Source: Setoptus koraiensis
Lineage: Eukaryota; Animalia; Arthropoda
Direction: 5' to 3'
DNA: 64,000 bases
NCBI GenBank assembly: GCA_048013815.1
Contig: CM106586.1
Span: 10,602,001-10,666,000 of the forward strand
Position numbers and translations under genes: made by a program. The notes below the pieces were generated by a model that was not told the origin of the DNA, searched no databases, and was given only the letters and a program-made list of their open reading frames with translations. Below, piece by piece: positions 35,372 to 46,617 of the stretch. How positions within the stretch are numbered: position 1 is the stretch's first letter; every line of letters begins with the position of its first letter.

Positions 35372-35913
35372 TGCGTTTGCTAGTGGCTTATGGCGAGACG
35401 ATTTTGGGAAGACGATTATAGGGAGAGAATTAGACGAAGACGACGAAGAAGAACAAAACAAAGTAATTGAAATGAAATATTGTTGTTATACGTTTCCATT
35501 TGTGCTAAACATCCGCTGTAACCATGGTGACAACATGATATTTGCACTGCAACACGCCAGATACAACGCCAACAATATCGAGATGATGTTGTTGATTGTC
35601 ACGTGAATAGAAACATGACAAACATGATGAAATGATTGACTGCTTTCTCCTGTGGCCCCGCGTGGATTTAAATTGTGCCGCCGACATGACAATCACATAG
35701 ACAACAGGTGTTTTTTTACACGACTATTACTATAACTTTTATAATTTAGGTCAGCCTAAATAATAATCATAAATTCAATGAGCCAACAAGCATCGTAAAT
35801 GGACCGTTTTGTTCGCCATGATAGACTAGTCTGATGACTATAGTCGCTATAGCCATGCCTGTAAATGCATGGTCTGCATTCAATGTAAATAGCGAGCAAC
35901 AAGTGCTGTTTGC

Positions 35914-35949
35914 TTTGTTCACAATAATTTGTTCACAATAATTTGTTCA
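35914..35949. repeat. 14-bp tandem repeat TTTGTTCACAATAA x2.6
   Basis: Direct reading. Confidence 0.85.
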
Positions 35950-36921
35950 GTTCAGTTATATTGCCGTGTTGCAAACAACAAATAGACCAATGGACATGTG
36001 ATGATGATGATGTTGATTCTTGTTGGCGATGATGGTGGTGGCGGTTGTAGTCGTGATTGTTGTCACTACGCTTGATGACCATGGATTGTAGAAATCTGAC
36101 AAGTCCCAACAATAAGATGATCCTGCCATGTGCAACAGCTACACCAATTAATCTGTTTAATCATGTGTTAGCCGAACCGATCACATTGCAACAACTAACT
36201 AACTAACTAACAAATCTAACTAACGTAAATCCAGAATGCCAGACTAATAATGAGAATGCCAGCGTAGCAGTGTTGCAACAACAATACAAGTGACTAATAA
36301 TAATAAATAGTAATATTTAATTAATTATCAATAGTATCAGCAGATTGTAACGTTAGTCGGTTGCGTGCTCAGCCGCTCAACTGCTTAATTGCTCAATTCC
36401 GCATGACAATATCAGTGCAATCACTCACTAAGACAGCATATGCTGCTGCTGCACTCTCACCCATCATTTAAGCGTGAACATCTCATGAAAACAAAACAGC
36501 ATACAACAATAGCAACAAAATAACACTTTGCAAGACAATACATAATCGACACGTTAGAACAAAGCAATTACGTTATAACCGTTTAGATCGCAACCACGAT
36601 TAACAACACGATAAAAAGACGCTACGCATAGACGCGGATACGCGACGAGTAACAGTACAATTGCAGAGAGCAACCACGATAGCAACGATGTCTTGTCAAC
36701 AACGACGCGGCGATGATCAGTGCTGATTGTTTTTTACCATTTAATTAACTCTATAACTCTTTTAGCGCCAATTACTAATTGCTTATAATTGTCAAGTGCG
36801 CCTTACAGTGGACACTGCGGCACTCAAGATGTTGCACTTCGTTTCGGTGTCTCACCAGTCGCGTGATTCAACGTGAACGCGAGCAACAATATATCAGAGA
36901 GGATCGTCCAACAAAAACACA

Positions 36922-38217
36922 TTATCCAGACGGGTTTTCGGCGACTTTTTGCACTGGCTCAGCCGGGCCGCTGATCGGCGCCGACGCTGGCTGGGGCCCC
37001 GGCACACTGCTGGCGCTCGCAGTTTGCGGCGGCTCGGGGCCGACCGACCGGACCTGTAGCTGCTGCTGTTGTTGCTGCTGTTGTTGCTGCTGTTGTGGCT
37101 GCTGTTGTGGCTGTTGTTGCGGCTGAATTACCGGCTGGGGCTGAATCACCGGCGGGGCGCTGTAATCGGTCGCCCGCGGGGGACTCTCTTGCTGGGTTGC
37201 GGGCGCGCTGTATTCGGGCGATTTTCTGATCTCTGGCGCGGGCGCCGGCGCGACCGCCGGCGCAACTACGGCCGCGGGCGGAGCAATGGCCGCCGGCGCT
37301 GGCTGTTGTTGGTCGGTGGTGCTGTGGACACTGGTCACGGACACTTCGCGCTCGATCTCGCCCGAATGGAAGCCAGTGTAAAAGTCCGAGAAGGACACCA
37401 CGAATGAGCCGCGAAACTTTACCTTCTTCACTGGCGAATCGCTTCGATGTATGGGCGACACGTCGGTCACTCGCTCGCGAGCCACCAACAACGGGCCCAA
37501 GCTGCCCATGTTCAATATTGGCCTCACCGAGTGTCTGTGCACCTCCTCGCCGGCAGAGGTCCACGTCAATTGCAATTTAAACTTTTTCTCGTTGTTCCTA
37601 TGTGTGGCCACAGAGCAAGAGTGCATCGGTCGCGAGTCGGTGGTATGAGTAAAGTGGCCTATGCGTTGATTTGTCACCGGATCGTAGGCTTGAATCATGA
37701 AACCGCGAAAGAATTGATTCTCCAAGCGCGACCCTATAGTCACTGTATGGCGCCCCAATTAATGTGAATCGATTGGGATTGATTAATATTAACTGAATTT
37801 ATAGTTCTATCGAGGGCACCGGAAGCTCTCAGCTCGTGATTTGGTGCTGGGGCCGGTAATGCACCGGTAATGCGCCGGTAAGCGCCAACAAACTCACTTA
37901 CCTGTTATGTTTGCCTTGGAATTGTACTCGCTCGATGATTGCGTTATGTAAAATTGAGACAAAGATGCCGGTTTCGCTTGATAGAGACCGTGAATGGGCG
38001 TCAGTGAGCCGCATGCAATGAATGGCGCACCTGAACAATCAATCGTTAGTGTGTAAGAGCAGATAATCATTGGTCAGTTTAATTTTGGCCGACACTCGAC
38101 AGATTGTAGATTGTCACAAGGTGAGAGCTTACCTGTTCTCAGCGAATCTATGGTTACCGTGCTGAGACATATATAATACAGGACAATTATCGAGCCTAAA
38201 ACTAGAGAGGAATCCAT
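36922..38217 (-). CDS. Secreted Reeler-domain protein with Pro/Ala/Gln-rich tail, 3 exons, 344 aa
   Basis: Exons 38217-38133 (signal peptide MDSSLVLGSIIVLYYICLSTVTIDS), 38030-37902 (GAPFIACGSLTPIHG) and 37742-36922 (FRGFMIQAYDP...SCSVATHRNNEKK...LTW). Both introns are phase-1 GT-AG. Confidence 0.85.
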
Positions 38218-39687
38218 TTTGATCTACTATATTTGCGCTTGCTCGTTGTTGAGATGAATTGAGTCGAAATCAATCAAACTGTGTTTGTAGAAGGGCCAAT
38301 GGAACAATTTTTGAATGACAAGTGTTGCCGCAGTCGATACGCCACGAATACATGAATGCTGAGAGGCCAGTCGGAATGATTGACCATGTTTTTTAGATTA
38401 AGCCAAACCGCCATAGAGCTTGTGGAAAATGCAGCAAGATTTTCGGTTGGCCAGGCGAGGAAACTCATCACTAATGCAATTTACATTGTCTTTGCATATT
38501 AGATTAGATGAATGCGTGTCAATTAGCTAGTTTGTCAACAACACTAGCTAATTGATTGAGCAGTAGGGCTCAACGAGTTTACTAGCATATTGCTGACTTT
38601 TGCAGCCGTTTGCCTGCTCTTATGAGAATCATATTCTAGATAGGTAAGGTTCATTTCCAGCAAAACGAACCTTACCTACCTCGTTGATTGCCTTTCTGAC
38701 TAGTTTGTGCGAAATTCCTACTGACAGGCTGATAGACACAATACATGATACATTCATTGCTCAAACAAGATAGTGCAAGATTTCGCAAGAATTATCACCG
38801 TCCGAAGCACCGTTTATCTATATATTTTGGTGTTTATATAGATGGCGAGTTAGACTTTGTTTGCTCATTGTTGTTTGTGGACTATTATCTATCTATATCT
38901 TAGAGATGGATAGATAGATTGATGATTAGTCATGAATTGATTGGTCAAACACAACTAATGAAATATTTACTTTCTGTATAGGTATATAACGCGCGATCTT
39001 TTGTTATAATAATATGAAATAACTATTATCAAATATGAAATCATCATTATCTTTCTATTGTTTGTTGCTACTCCAGCTGGGATACATAATTTGTTTTGTT
39101 GGCCTGTTTACCGTGTACAATCATCATAATCGTCAAGTTCATTTGATTCGTCACGTTTCATCAATGATGAAACCTTATCTGATTAACTATTCATCTGCTG
39201 ACCGTACATGCATTTGTCAAAGAGACATTTATCTAAGATGGGTACATATACACACATCTCGCCAAACAGCAGTTTAACCAAATATACATAATAAATATAG
39301 TAATTAATGATATGTTTGTATATGCTTTCCTCCATACTATCAAGTAGTGAAGATCTAATTAAGATTATTATTCAAAATCTAGCTACTTTACTAAACTAAC
39401 AACACAACATGATAGCATGCTAATGGTTGTTGTTAACCAAATGATTGTGATCAAGATAGCCAAGTCAGTTTGATTGCTAATTGCAATTATGCTACTAGAT
39501 ATAATATTGGTATTGTGTGTCAAATCATACTACAATATATAGATCATTTATTTACTTCTATGGTATAGTGTAATAATTAGCTTAAATATATATATATCTA
39601 TATGTATATAAATGGTGTGTGTGTGTTTGATGATGATACAACGATACAAAACAAAGTTACAATTTAAACAGCTGCTGTTTGTTGTAA

Positions 39688-40296
39688 TCAAGCTAAAGTA
39701 GACTTTATATTCATATAGTATTCGTCAAACTTATGAACAACTGTTGCTTTAAATGATACATTTATCTTGCCTTTCTGATCCGCCGGGGCCTCCCAAACCA
39801 ACGTGGCCGTCTTTTTGGCTTTCTTATCCGAATGGGTGACAGCCGAACAAGAGTCTATTGTTTTGAGGCCCTTACCGGCTAAAAATTTACCCACCGGTTT
39901 CTGGCTTTCCACATCGATGGCCTGGACTAACAGACCTTTGAAGGTAGTCTTAGAGGCCGATGACAGCGTCACTGGGACAGTTATATAATTGCACAAATAA
40001 TAAATGAAAAGTTAATTATAAAATTAGTTCCGCAAGAGATCGCTTTGCATGGCAATTATGTAAATCTATTAATACTTACCCTTGACTTGGTCATTGGCCT
40101 CAACCTGTTGGATGTCTTGGGTCAATTGGAAAGGCGAAGGCGATGTCTGTGGCTCAGGCCCGTGACCTGGTTTCAAATTTTTACAAGCTTGCTCTGGGGC
40201 TCCTGTTGGCAAAGCCACAACTACCATCAAGTGGAATGATACTAAAAAAGTCACTAGTACAATCACTGATCTTGTTGTTACTATGAGTGTGGACAT
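39688..40296 (-). CDS. Secreted Reeler-domain protein (putative defence protein-like), 2 exons, 166 aa
   Basis: Exons 40296-40080 and 39971-39688 with a phase-1 intron. LPTGAPEQACKNLKPGHG...FKGLLVQA...VGKF...CSAVTHSDKKAK...LVWEAP...FKATVV. Confidence 0.9.
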
Positions 40297-41689
40297 TATC
40301 ACAAACAATATCTTCGTCTATCGATATCTGGTTCTTAGGTGTGTATGTGAACGTGTGACTTATTATTATTGATTCTCTTTTCCTTTAGAGAGATTACGCA
40401 ATACAAACTATTGTTGGTTCTATTAGCTGTGTATCATAATAGATTACAACAAAATTACTTCAATAAGCTATACTATATGATGTTGCTTTAATTACTATGG
40501 TCTAAAGTTTGCTTCTAACAGCTTGTTAATAGAATATGGAAACGAACCAAATTTGCATAAATGTATAATCTCTTTCTCTTGTCCGATAATGACCAACCAA
40601 AAACTGTCGCTAAGCTTACACGCTGCTAATGTTAGTCAGTTATACATCGAAACAAAACAAAAAACCACTGCTAATTCATTTCTGGCCACTAATCTCTCAC
40701 GACAAATTCTTTCTTGATCGTGAATATCACGATCGAGTCGCCAGTTGTAAGCTCAGGCCCACAATTTTTCCTAAGACGGATAAGCATGTGATAATAATCT
40801 AACGCAAGTTTATTAATCATCGCAAACACTATCAGCAGGTGCTCTGGCTATTATTTTAAGAGTGAATCAGTGCAAGTCCATCACCATCGCCATTAGAATT
40901 AAGACAAAACGAAACGGTCTATGTAACAAACAAACACTGTTCTACCTACTGTATTTGATATCGAAATGGTATCTGGTTGGTGGTGGATTAGAGCGACAAA
41001 TGGATGGATAAATAAATAATAAAAAGGCGCACACATTAATGATTGTAATTAATAATTCGATTGATAAAAAGTTTGAAGGAAAAGTCACCTGGTTTTTCTT
41101 CTTCTCATTTTGCACTCATTTGTGAAACTCCTTGACCGATGTCGTCTTCGTTGTTGGCATTGCGAAGATGTTCGCCATGTAACAACAACAAACCAACGAT
41201 TGGCCAAAAGTGGATCCACACTGCTACAAATACTACTAATATTAGAAAAAGAAAGAAAGAAAGAGATTCATGCATTAGCCAACACAGTCAAGGTAAATTA
41301 ATTATAGTATCTTCACAACGAACGATTTCTCTTTATCTCAAATCACTTTTGTTAGATCGCCCGTACACGCAATGTTGTACAGGTTTATCTTATTCTCATC
41401 CCAGGCCATACTAGTCATACATAATATTCATTCATAATGTAATTATTCCACTGCCGTTGTGAATGTTGACTCTCGTTTATTTTGATTTTAGTTAAATTAA
41501 TAGTCTTATCCACTACTGTTATAACGTCTCGTGTTATAAACATACAGACAAACGAACCAACGAATAAACAACGAGAAAACGAGTATGTAATAATAACAAC
41601 GTGCCAAGAGGGCGGAAGAATCTAACTTAATTTTGCTTTTGTCTGTTTTAATTTTGATATTTGTTGTTGATTGCGTTGGACAACAACAA

Positions 41690-43585
41690 CTAGTTGAATC
41701 CCTTCAAGTCCCATTTAAGTTTGGGCTTAACAAGTTTCACTTCTAAACAAGTTAGCCGATCGCCCGTCTTAAATTCTAGATCATCGTGATTCTTGAACGA
41801 TATCCCGCATTCTGTATCTCTTAATATAGTATCAACATCATTTTTGAGATGTTTCAATGTGTTTACCTCCATTCTATCTGCTATAATTTCATTATTACGA
41901 CTGATAGTGTACAGGCCATCTTTAACTAGTTTGCCCTGAGTGCATCTAGATCCAGCAACGTGAATTTTTTTCTTCTTGTCCACTGTCACGGTGAAATTTT
42001 GCAATACCATAGCTGATCCGATCTCTGTGATGTGCTCCACTAAAGGCATCTTCTCGTGTATGGTAGCTTTGAGATCGTCAAAAAGGTGATATATAACATT
42101 ATATAATCTCATTGGAACTCCCTCTTTCTTCCCTCGACTTGCCAAATCTTGACTGGCATACTTGACATTAAAGCCATAAATATATGAATTGGGAAAAATT
42201 GCCGCCATGTTAAAGTCGTTTTCATTAATTGGGCCCACACCATAATGGACAATGTTTAGTTTGACCAATTGTTTACCGCTACTATCATAAGTATCTAACA
42301 AATCTAAAATGGCCTCCAATGACCCGGCCACATCGCACTTCAGTAATAGATTGATTTCTTTGTTGAGATCCTCGTTTGGTGCGTTGTATTCCTTGGGCCT
42401 CAAGCCTCTATTTATCATGTCTACATTTCTGAATTTTACTCCCAGCTCTTTCTTAATTCTGTTTTTTTCATCAAGCTTTTCCCTGTACAACTTTCGTTGT
42501 TCGGCATTTTTTATGGCAGCCACTTCAGCATCAGTCAGGGCTTTTTCCAGTTTCTGACGTTCCTTAAATTCATTGACGGCTTTTTTCGCCTCTTTCTCAC
42601 TAGATAATTGAATCACTTTTTCGCCGGCTGCAGGTAAATCACCGTCTTTCCATCCGATGATTTGAACTGGAAAGCCGGGCCTTATTGCCTCTATATTTTG
42701 ACCCCATTCATCGAACATTGAGCGCACTTTGGCGTAATTAGTTTGCCCAGCCAAAACAATATCACCTTTCCTGAGAATACCCTGTTGTATGAGCACAGTG
42801 CACAATTTGCCCCTATGTGGATGGAGGCTAGATTCAATCACAGTTCCTTCGGCAGGACAATCGGCGAAAGCTTTCAATTCTAGTGTGTCAGCTAAGGCTA
42901 TTATATTTTCTTTGAGATCCTCTATGCCTAAATTTTTTAGTGCACTTATTTTGACTATTTGAGTATTGCCTCCGTCCAATTCGGTGATAATACCAAACTC
43001 TCTAAGGTCGTGACATACACTCTTAAGGGCACCGTCTAACGATTCTTGGTCGGAAAATTTGTCTATTTTGTTTAATGCTATTATTATTGGCTTTCCACTG
43101 TTTTGAGCGTATTTTATGGATTCCCTCGTCTGATCGAGTATTCCGTCCTCGCTGGCTATGACAAGAACTACAATGTCGGTTACATCGGCGCCCCTCTGTC
43201 GCATTGCCGCAAAGGCGGCATGGCCTGGCGTGTCCAAGAATGTGACTAGATCGTCGATGGCATCGTCCTTTTCCCTATGACAGCCAACAGTGTTGCTGGT
43301 TGATAGGGACGAGGCCAATCGCTTTAGTGCAACGGCGCTCCTCATAGATTTGTTGCGGCCAAACGACACGACAAACGCACCAATGTGTTGGGTGATACCT
43401 CCGAATTCTCCCTTGACAATCTGACTTTTGCGAAGTTGATCCAATAGGGTCGTCTTGCCATGGTCCACGTGTCCCATGATGGTGACAACCGGGGGCCTCT
43501 TTATGGTGCATAATTGTCTGGCCAAATTGGACAGGGATTTGTTAAGCGTGAGGCCGGGTGAGCGTAGAATGAGCGATGTAAGCAT
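41690..43585 (-). CDS. MTIF2: Mitochondrial translation initiation factor 2
   Basis: Presequence-like N-terminus, then [63 protein letters not shown]. Confidence 0.95.
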   Translation of the reverse strand: MLTSLILRSPGLTLNKSLSNLARQLCTIKRPPVVTIMGHVDHGKTTLLDQLRKSQIVKGEFGGITQHIGAFVVSFGRNKSMRSAVALKRLASSLSTSNTVGCHREKDDAIDDLVTFLDTPGHAAFAAMRQRGADVTDIVVLVIASEDGILDQTRESIKYAQNSGKPIIIALNKIDKFSDQESLDGALKSVCHDLREFGIITELDGGNTQIVKISALKNLGIEDLKENIIALADTLELKAFADCPAEGTVIESSLHPHRGKLCTVLIQQGILRKGDIVLAGQTNYAKVRSMFDEWGQNIEAIRPGFPVQIIGWKDGDLPAAGEKVIQLSSEKEAKKAVNEFKERQKLEKALTDAEVAAIKNAEQRKLYREKLDEKNRIKKELGVKFRNVDMINRGLRPKEYNAPNEDLNKEINLLLKCDVAGSLEAILDLLDTYDSSGKQLVKLNIVHYGVGPINENDFNMAAIFPNSYIYGFNVKYASQDLASRGKKEGVPMRLYNVIYHLFDDLKATIHEKMPLVEHITEIGSAMVLQNFTVTVDKKKKIHVAGSRCTQGKLVKDGLYTISRNNEIIADRMEVNTLKHLKNDVDTILRDTECGISFKNHDDLEFKTGDRLTCLEVKLVKPKLKWDLKGFN

Positions 43586-43812
43586 ATCTGCAATCGGTTG
43601 GCACCATAATTGATATAAAACAACAACAACAACAGCAACAACAAGAAAAATAGCAGGGGCAGATAAGTGTGATTATTAGACACGATTGGCCGGGGTAGAG
43701 AAGCTGGCCGCAACGCAAACAGGCAAATAGGCAGGCTGGGAGGCAGGCTGATAGTGGGACAAATAGCAGGCAGATTGGAGCAGATTAGAGAAAGCATGCT
43801 CGTTGCGAGCAG

Positions 43813-43852
<40 letters not shown>

Positions 43853-45267
43853 GAACATTTGATTTAACTTTGTGTGCGAGTGCGTCACTTTGGTTGCATG
43901 TAACACTGGTACTGTGCGTCAGTTCTTTGTTCAATGTTGTTCGTCGGCTGCGGTTGTTGTTGTTGTTGTTGTTTGTGCTGTGCCAAACGTGAGCACATTG
44001 CTGGTCGTGTGTGCATTGCAGTGCAGGCTTAAAAAATACATTTAATTTTTTCTCTCTTTGTGAGCCTGCACTCGAGTGAGATAAACAACAACAAGAATAA
44101 AAGAGAAATCCTCTGTGTACCACAAACACATGTGAGTGTGTTTTCGAGGAGCGCACACACAAAAGACACGGCGCTATGCGCAGCCCGACGCCAGGCACGA
44201 TTGCAGCGTGAGTGTGTGCCGGGGGCAGCGTGCCTATGGCTAAATGCTGCTCTAATCCGCAAGAGTAACGTATGACTAATTGTCGCTGGAAGGTGGCGCT
44301 GCTCAAGGGGGTCACTTGTTTGTGCCAATGGCACACACACACACAGTCACATGCACAGACGGACAAACAGGCCACACAAGGAACGAATGGAGGAACGAAC
44401 GAACGAACGAACTAGCCGAACTATATAACGACGACGACGCTAGTAAGGCAATGACGACAGCAACGCAACGCATAGAGTGAATGATAGTGATCGAGTGAGC
44501 ATTGCCATTTTCAACACACTACTACTACTCTGTTTGTTTGTTGCATTACATTATCATTAATATTATCACTTTATATAAATATAAATCCACTTCAATATCT
44601 ACACGCCAATAACCGATACACTAACACTATACAGACACACACTAATATAATATAAAAAGACACACCAACATCCAGATATTTTCCACATAGTTTTCGCCAC
44701 AATAGTTATACTACATAATCTGCACTCACACTCACGAAAACACCGTATATATACGCGTATATTCATCATATATTTATATATATATATATTTATATATACT
44801 TTTCGTATACGCTTTCTACACTCGTTCCGCAGATAATATCCCTTTATCACCTAAACGGATAATGGCATTTTTTTAGATGCGCCAGGAACACCATTATTAC
44901 CATCGTCGTTTACTGTAATTACATTCTATCCTTATCAGCGTCATCAACGCAACAATTTGTCTCACTATTAGTATAGGTTGCGCTGTTGCTGTTGCTGCTG
45001 CTACTGTTACTACTATTACAACAATTGCAACAAACTTAAACAATTGCAATTGAGACATAAAAACCATTTCACCATCACTATTTATCATATCAACAATATA
45101 TTTATCAACGCTAACAATTGGCATCGAACACGGGCACACACAAAGACACAAATTTGGACACAAGGCCAGACACACCGACCAACAATTAACACCTAATACC
45201 AATAACCGTACCACTACTATTATTATTAGCGCATACCAATCACTGCTCTTATAAGCAGACGAAAATT

Positions 45268-46617
45268 ATGAGAGAGGAAATAGAGGCGGCCGCCACGTTT
45301 ATAACAAGGCTCATAAGTAAGAATTTGTCTTCATTTACCACTGATAAAACTGAACAATTTCGCCAAAATCTCACCAATGCACTGTACGAAAGATTCCACG
45401 ATCATTGGTTTCCAGAGCAACCCACCAAAGGCCAAGCGTATCGTTGTATAAGGCTAAACGAGAGCGATCGCAATGATCCAATACTAAGCTTGACTTGTCA
45501 TCAATGCGGCATCAATTACAGCGATCTACAATTGCCGCTTGAGCTAACAGTCTGGGTCGATCCGGAAGAGGTTACATGCAGATTTGGCGAATACAAGGGA
45601 TCGCATTGTCTAGTGGCCAAATTTAGAAATGGACAATTACAAGAGGACTACATTAATCAAATCGATATAGATGACAATGAACAAAAGACAATGGAAACTA
45701 TGAGACAAGCTAGTTTTGATTTGGCCAAGCCACGCAGCAAGTTGACCTCACAACATCAACAGCAACAACAACGAAGAGACTCAGCCATGCACAATCATTA
45801 TCACCAAGTCCACCAACAACAACAAGCCAAAAATCAACACCACAACTCTCCAACGTCTATGTATAAGCAACAACAGCAACTACAAGGTGATATTAACGGA
45901 AACATTAATGGTTTGAATGGATCAACAGGTCTAGTAAGCTCCACCGCAACCATGCCTCTCAATGTAGGAGTCGCTCCTATGACCAATCATAATAATATCA
46001 ACAACAATAATAGCGCTCAGACTAATCTCCACCTAATTGGAACTAGTAACAACCTAATTGCTGCAAGTAACAATGCTAATAGTTTAAATAATCCTGTCAA
46101 TTCTAGTAGACCGATTGAGACTGATTATCAAACACAGACAGATGTTGATGCTGCCAACGCTGCGGCTGCCGCCGCTGCTGCATCTTCTGCCATGTTACGT
46201 CAACAACAGCAACAAGTGAGAATGTCACCATTCCATAACACAACTTATATGTACTCTCCTCAAATGATGAAATATATTCCACCGCCATTGCCATCATTCA
46301 AGCAACAACAACAACAAGCCAACTCTATGTATCGCAATTCATTCTCTGGCCAATCACCTGTTTCTTCCATGAGTCAGATTGATTCACAATCACCACGCTC
46401 TACAGCAACACCAACATCTTCGATGACCACTAGCTCCAACAGTAATAGTAACCATAGCATCAGCAAGTCGTTCTTCCAACAACCTCAAGTGGCATCACCC
46501 AGGGTCCTACCTAATGTTCAATTAAATCCGGTTATGAACTATTTGCAAACATATTGTCCTTACCCACCACCTTCTAATGATCGTTATCATTACACTAAAT
46601 CTATAGTTAAAGTTTAA
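45268..46617 (+). CDS. BTG/Tob family antiproliferative protein (BTG3/4-like) with long Q/N/S-rich tail
   Basis: EIEAAATFITRL...HWFPEQPTKGQAYRCIRLN (box A), LPLELTVWVDPEEVTCRFGE (box B). No clear PAM2 motif. Confidence 0.88.
   Translation: MREEIEAAATFITRLISKNLSSFTTDKTEQFRQNLTNALYERFHDHWFPEQPTKGQAYRCIRLNESDRNDPILSLTCHQCGINYSDLQLPLELTVWVDPEEVTCRFGEYKGSHCLVAKFRNGQLQEDYINQIDIDDNEQKTMETMRQASFDLAKPRSKLTSQHQQQQQRRDSAMHNHYHQVHQQQQAKNQHHNSPTSMYKQQQQLQGDINGNINGLNGSTGLVSSTATMPLNVGVAPMTNHNNINNNNSAQTNLHLIGTSNNLIAASNNANSLNNPVNSSRPIETDYQTQTDVDAANAAAAAAAASSAMLRQQQQQVRMSPFHNTTYMYSPQMMKYIPPPLPSFKQQQQQANSMYRNSFSGQSPVSSMSQIDSQSPRSTATPTSSMTTSSNSNSNHSISKSFFQQPQVASPRVLPNVQLNPVMNYLQTYCPYPPPSNDRYHYTKSIVKV

Noticed and set aside
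31900-36900. Numerous 60-100 aa ORFs in the long gap between PPP1R3 and Reeler gene 1
   Set aside because: They are dominated by CAA/GT microsatellites with no motifs or coherent splice structure, so likely UTR, intron or regulatory DNA.
40072-40080. ATACTTACC, matching the U1 snRNA 5' end (similar at 37896, 38128, 51445)
   Set aside because: These are reverse complements of minus-strand splice donors, not snRNA genes.
43600-45250. ORFs 43785..44375, 44029..44340, 44897..45214 and others
   Set aside because: These are low-complexity, repeat-derived frames in the MTIF2/BTG divergent promoter and leader region.
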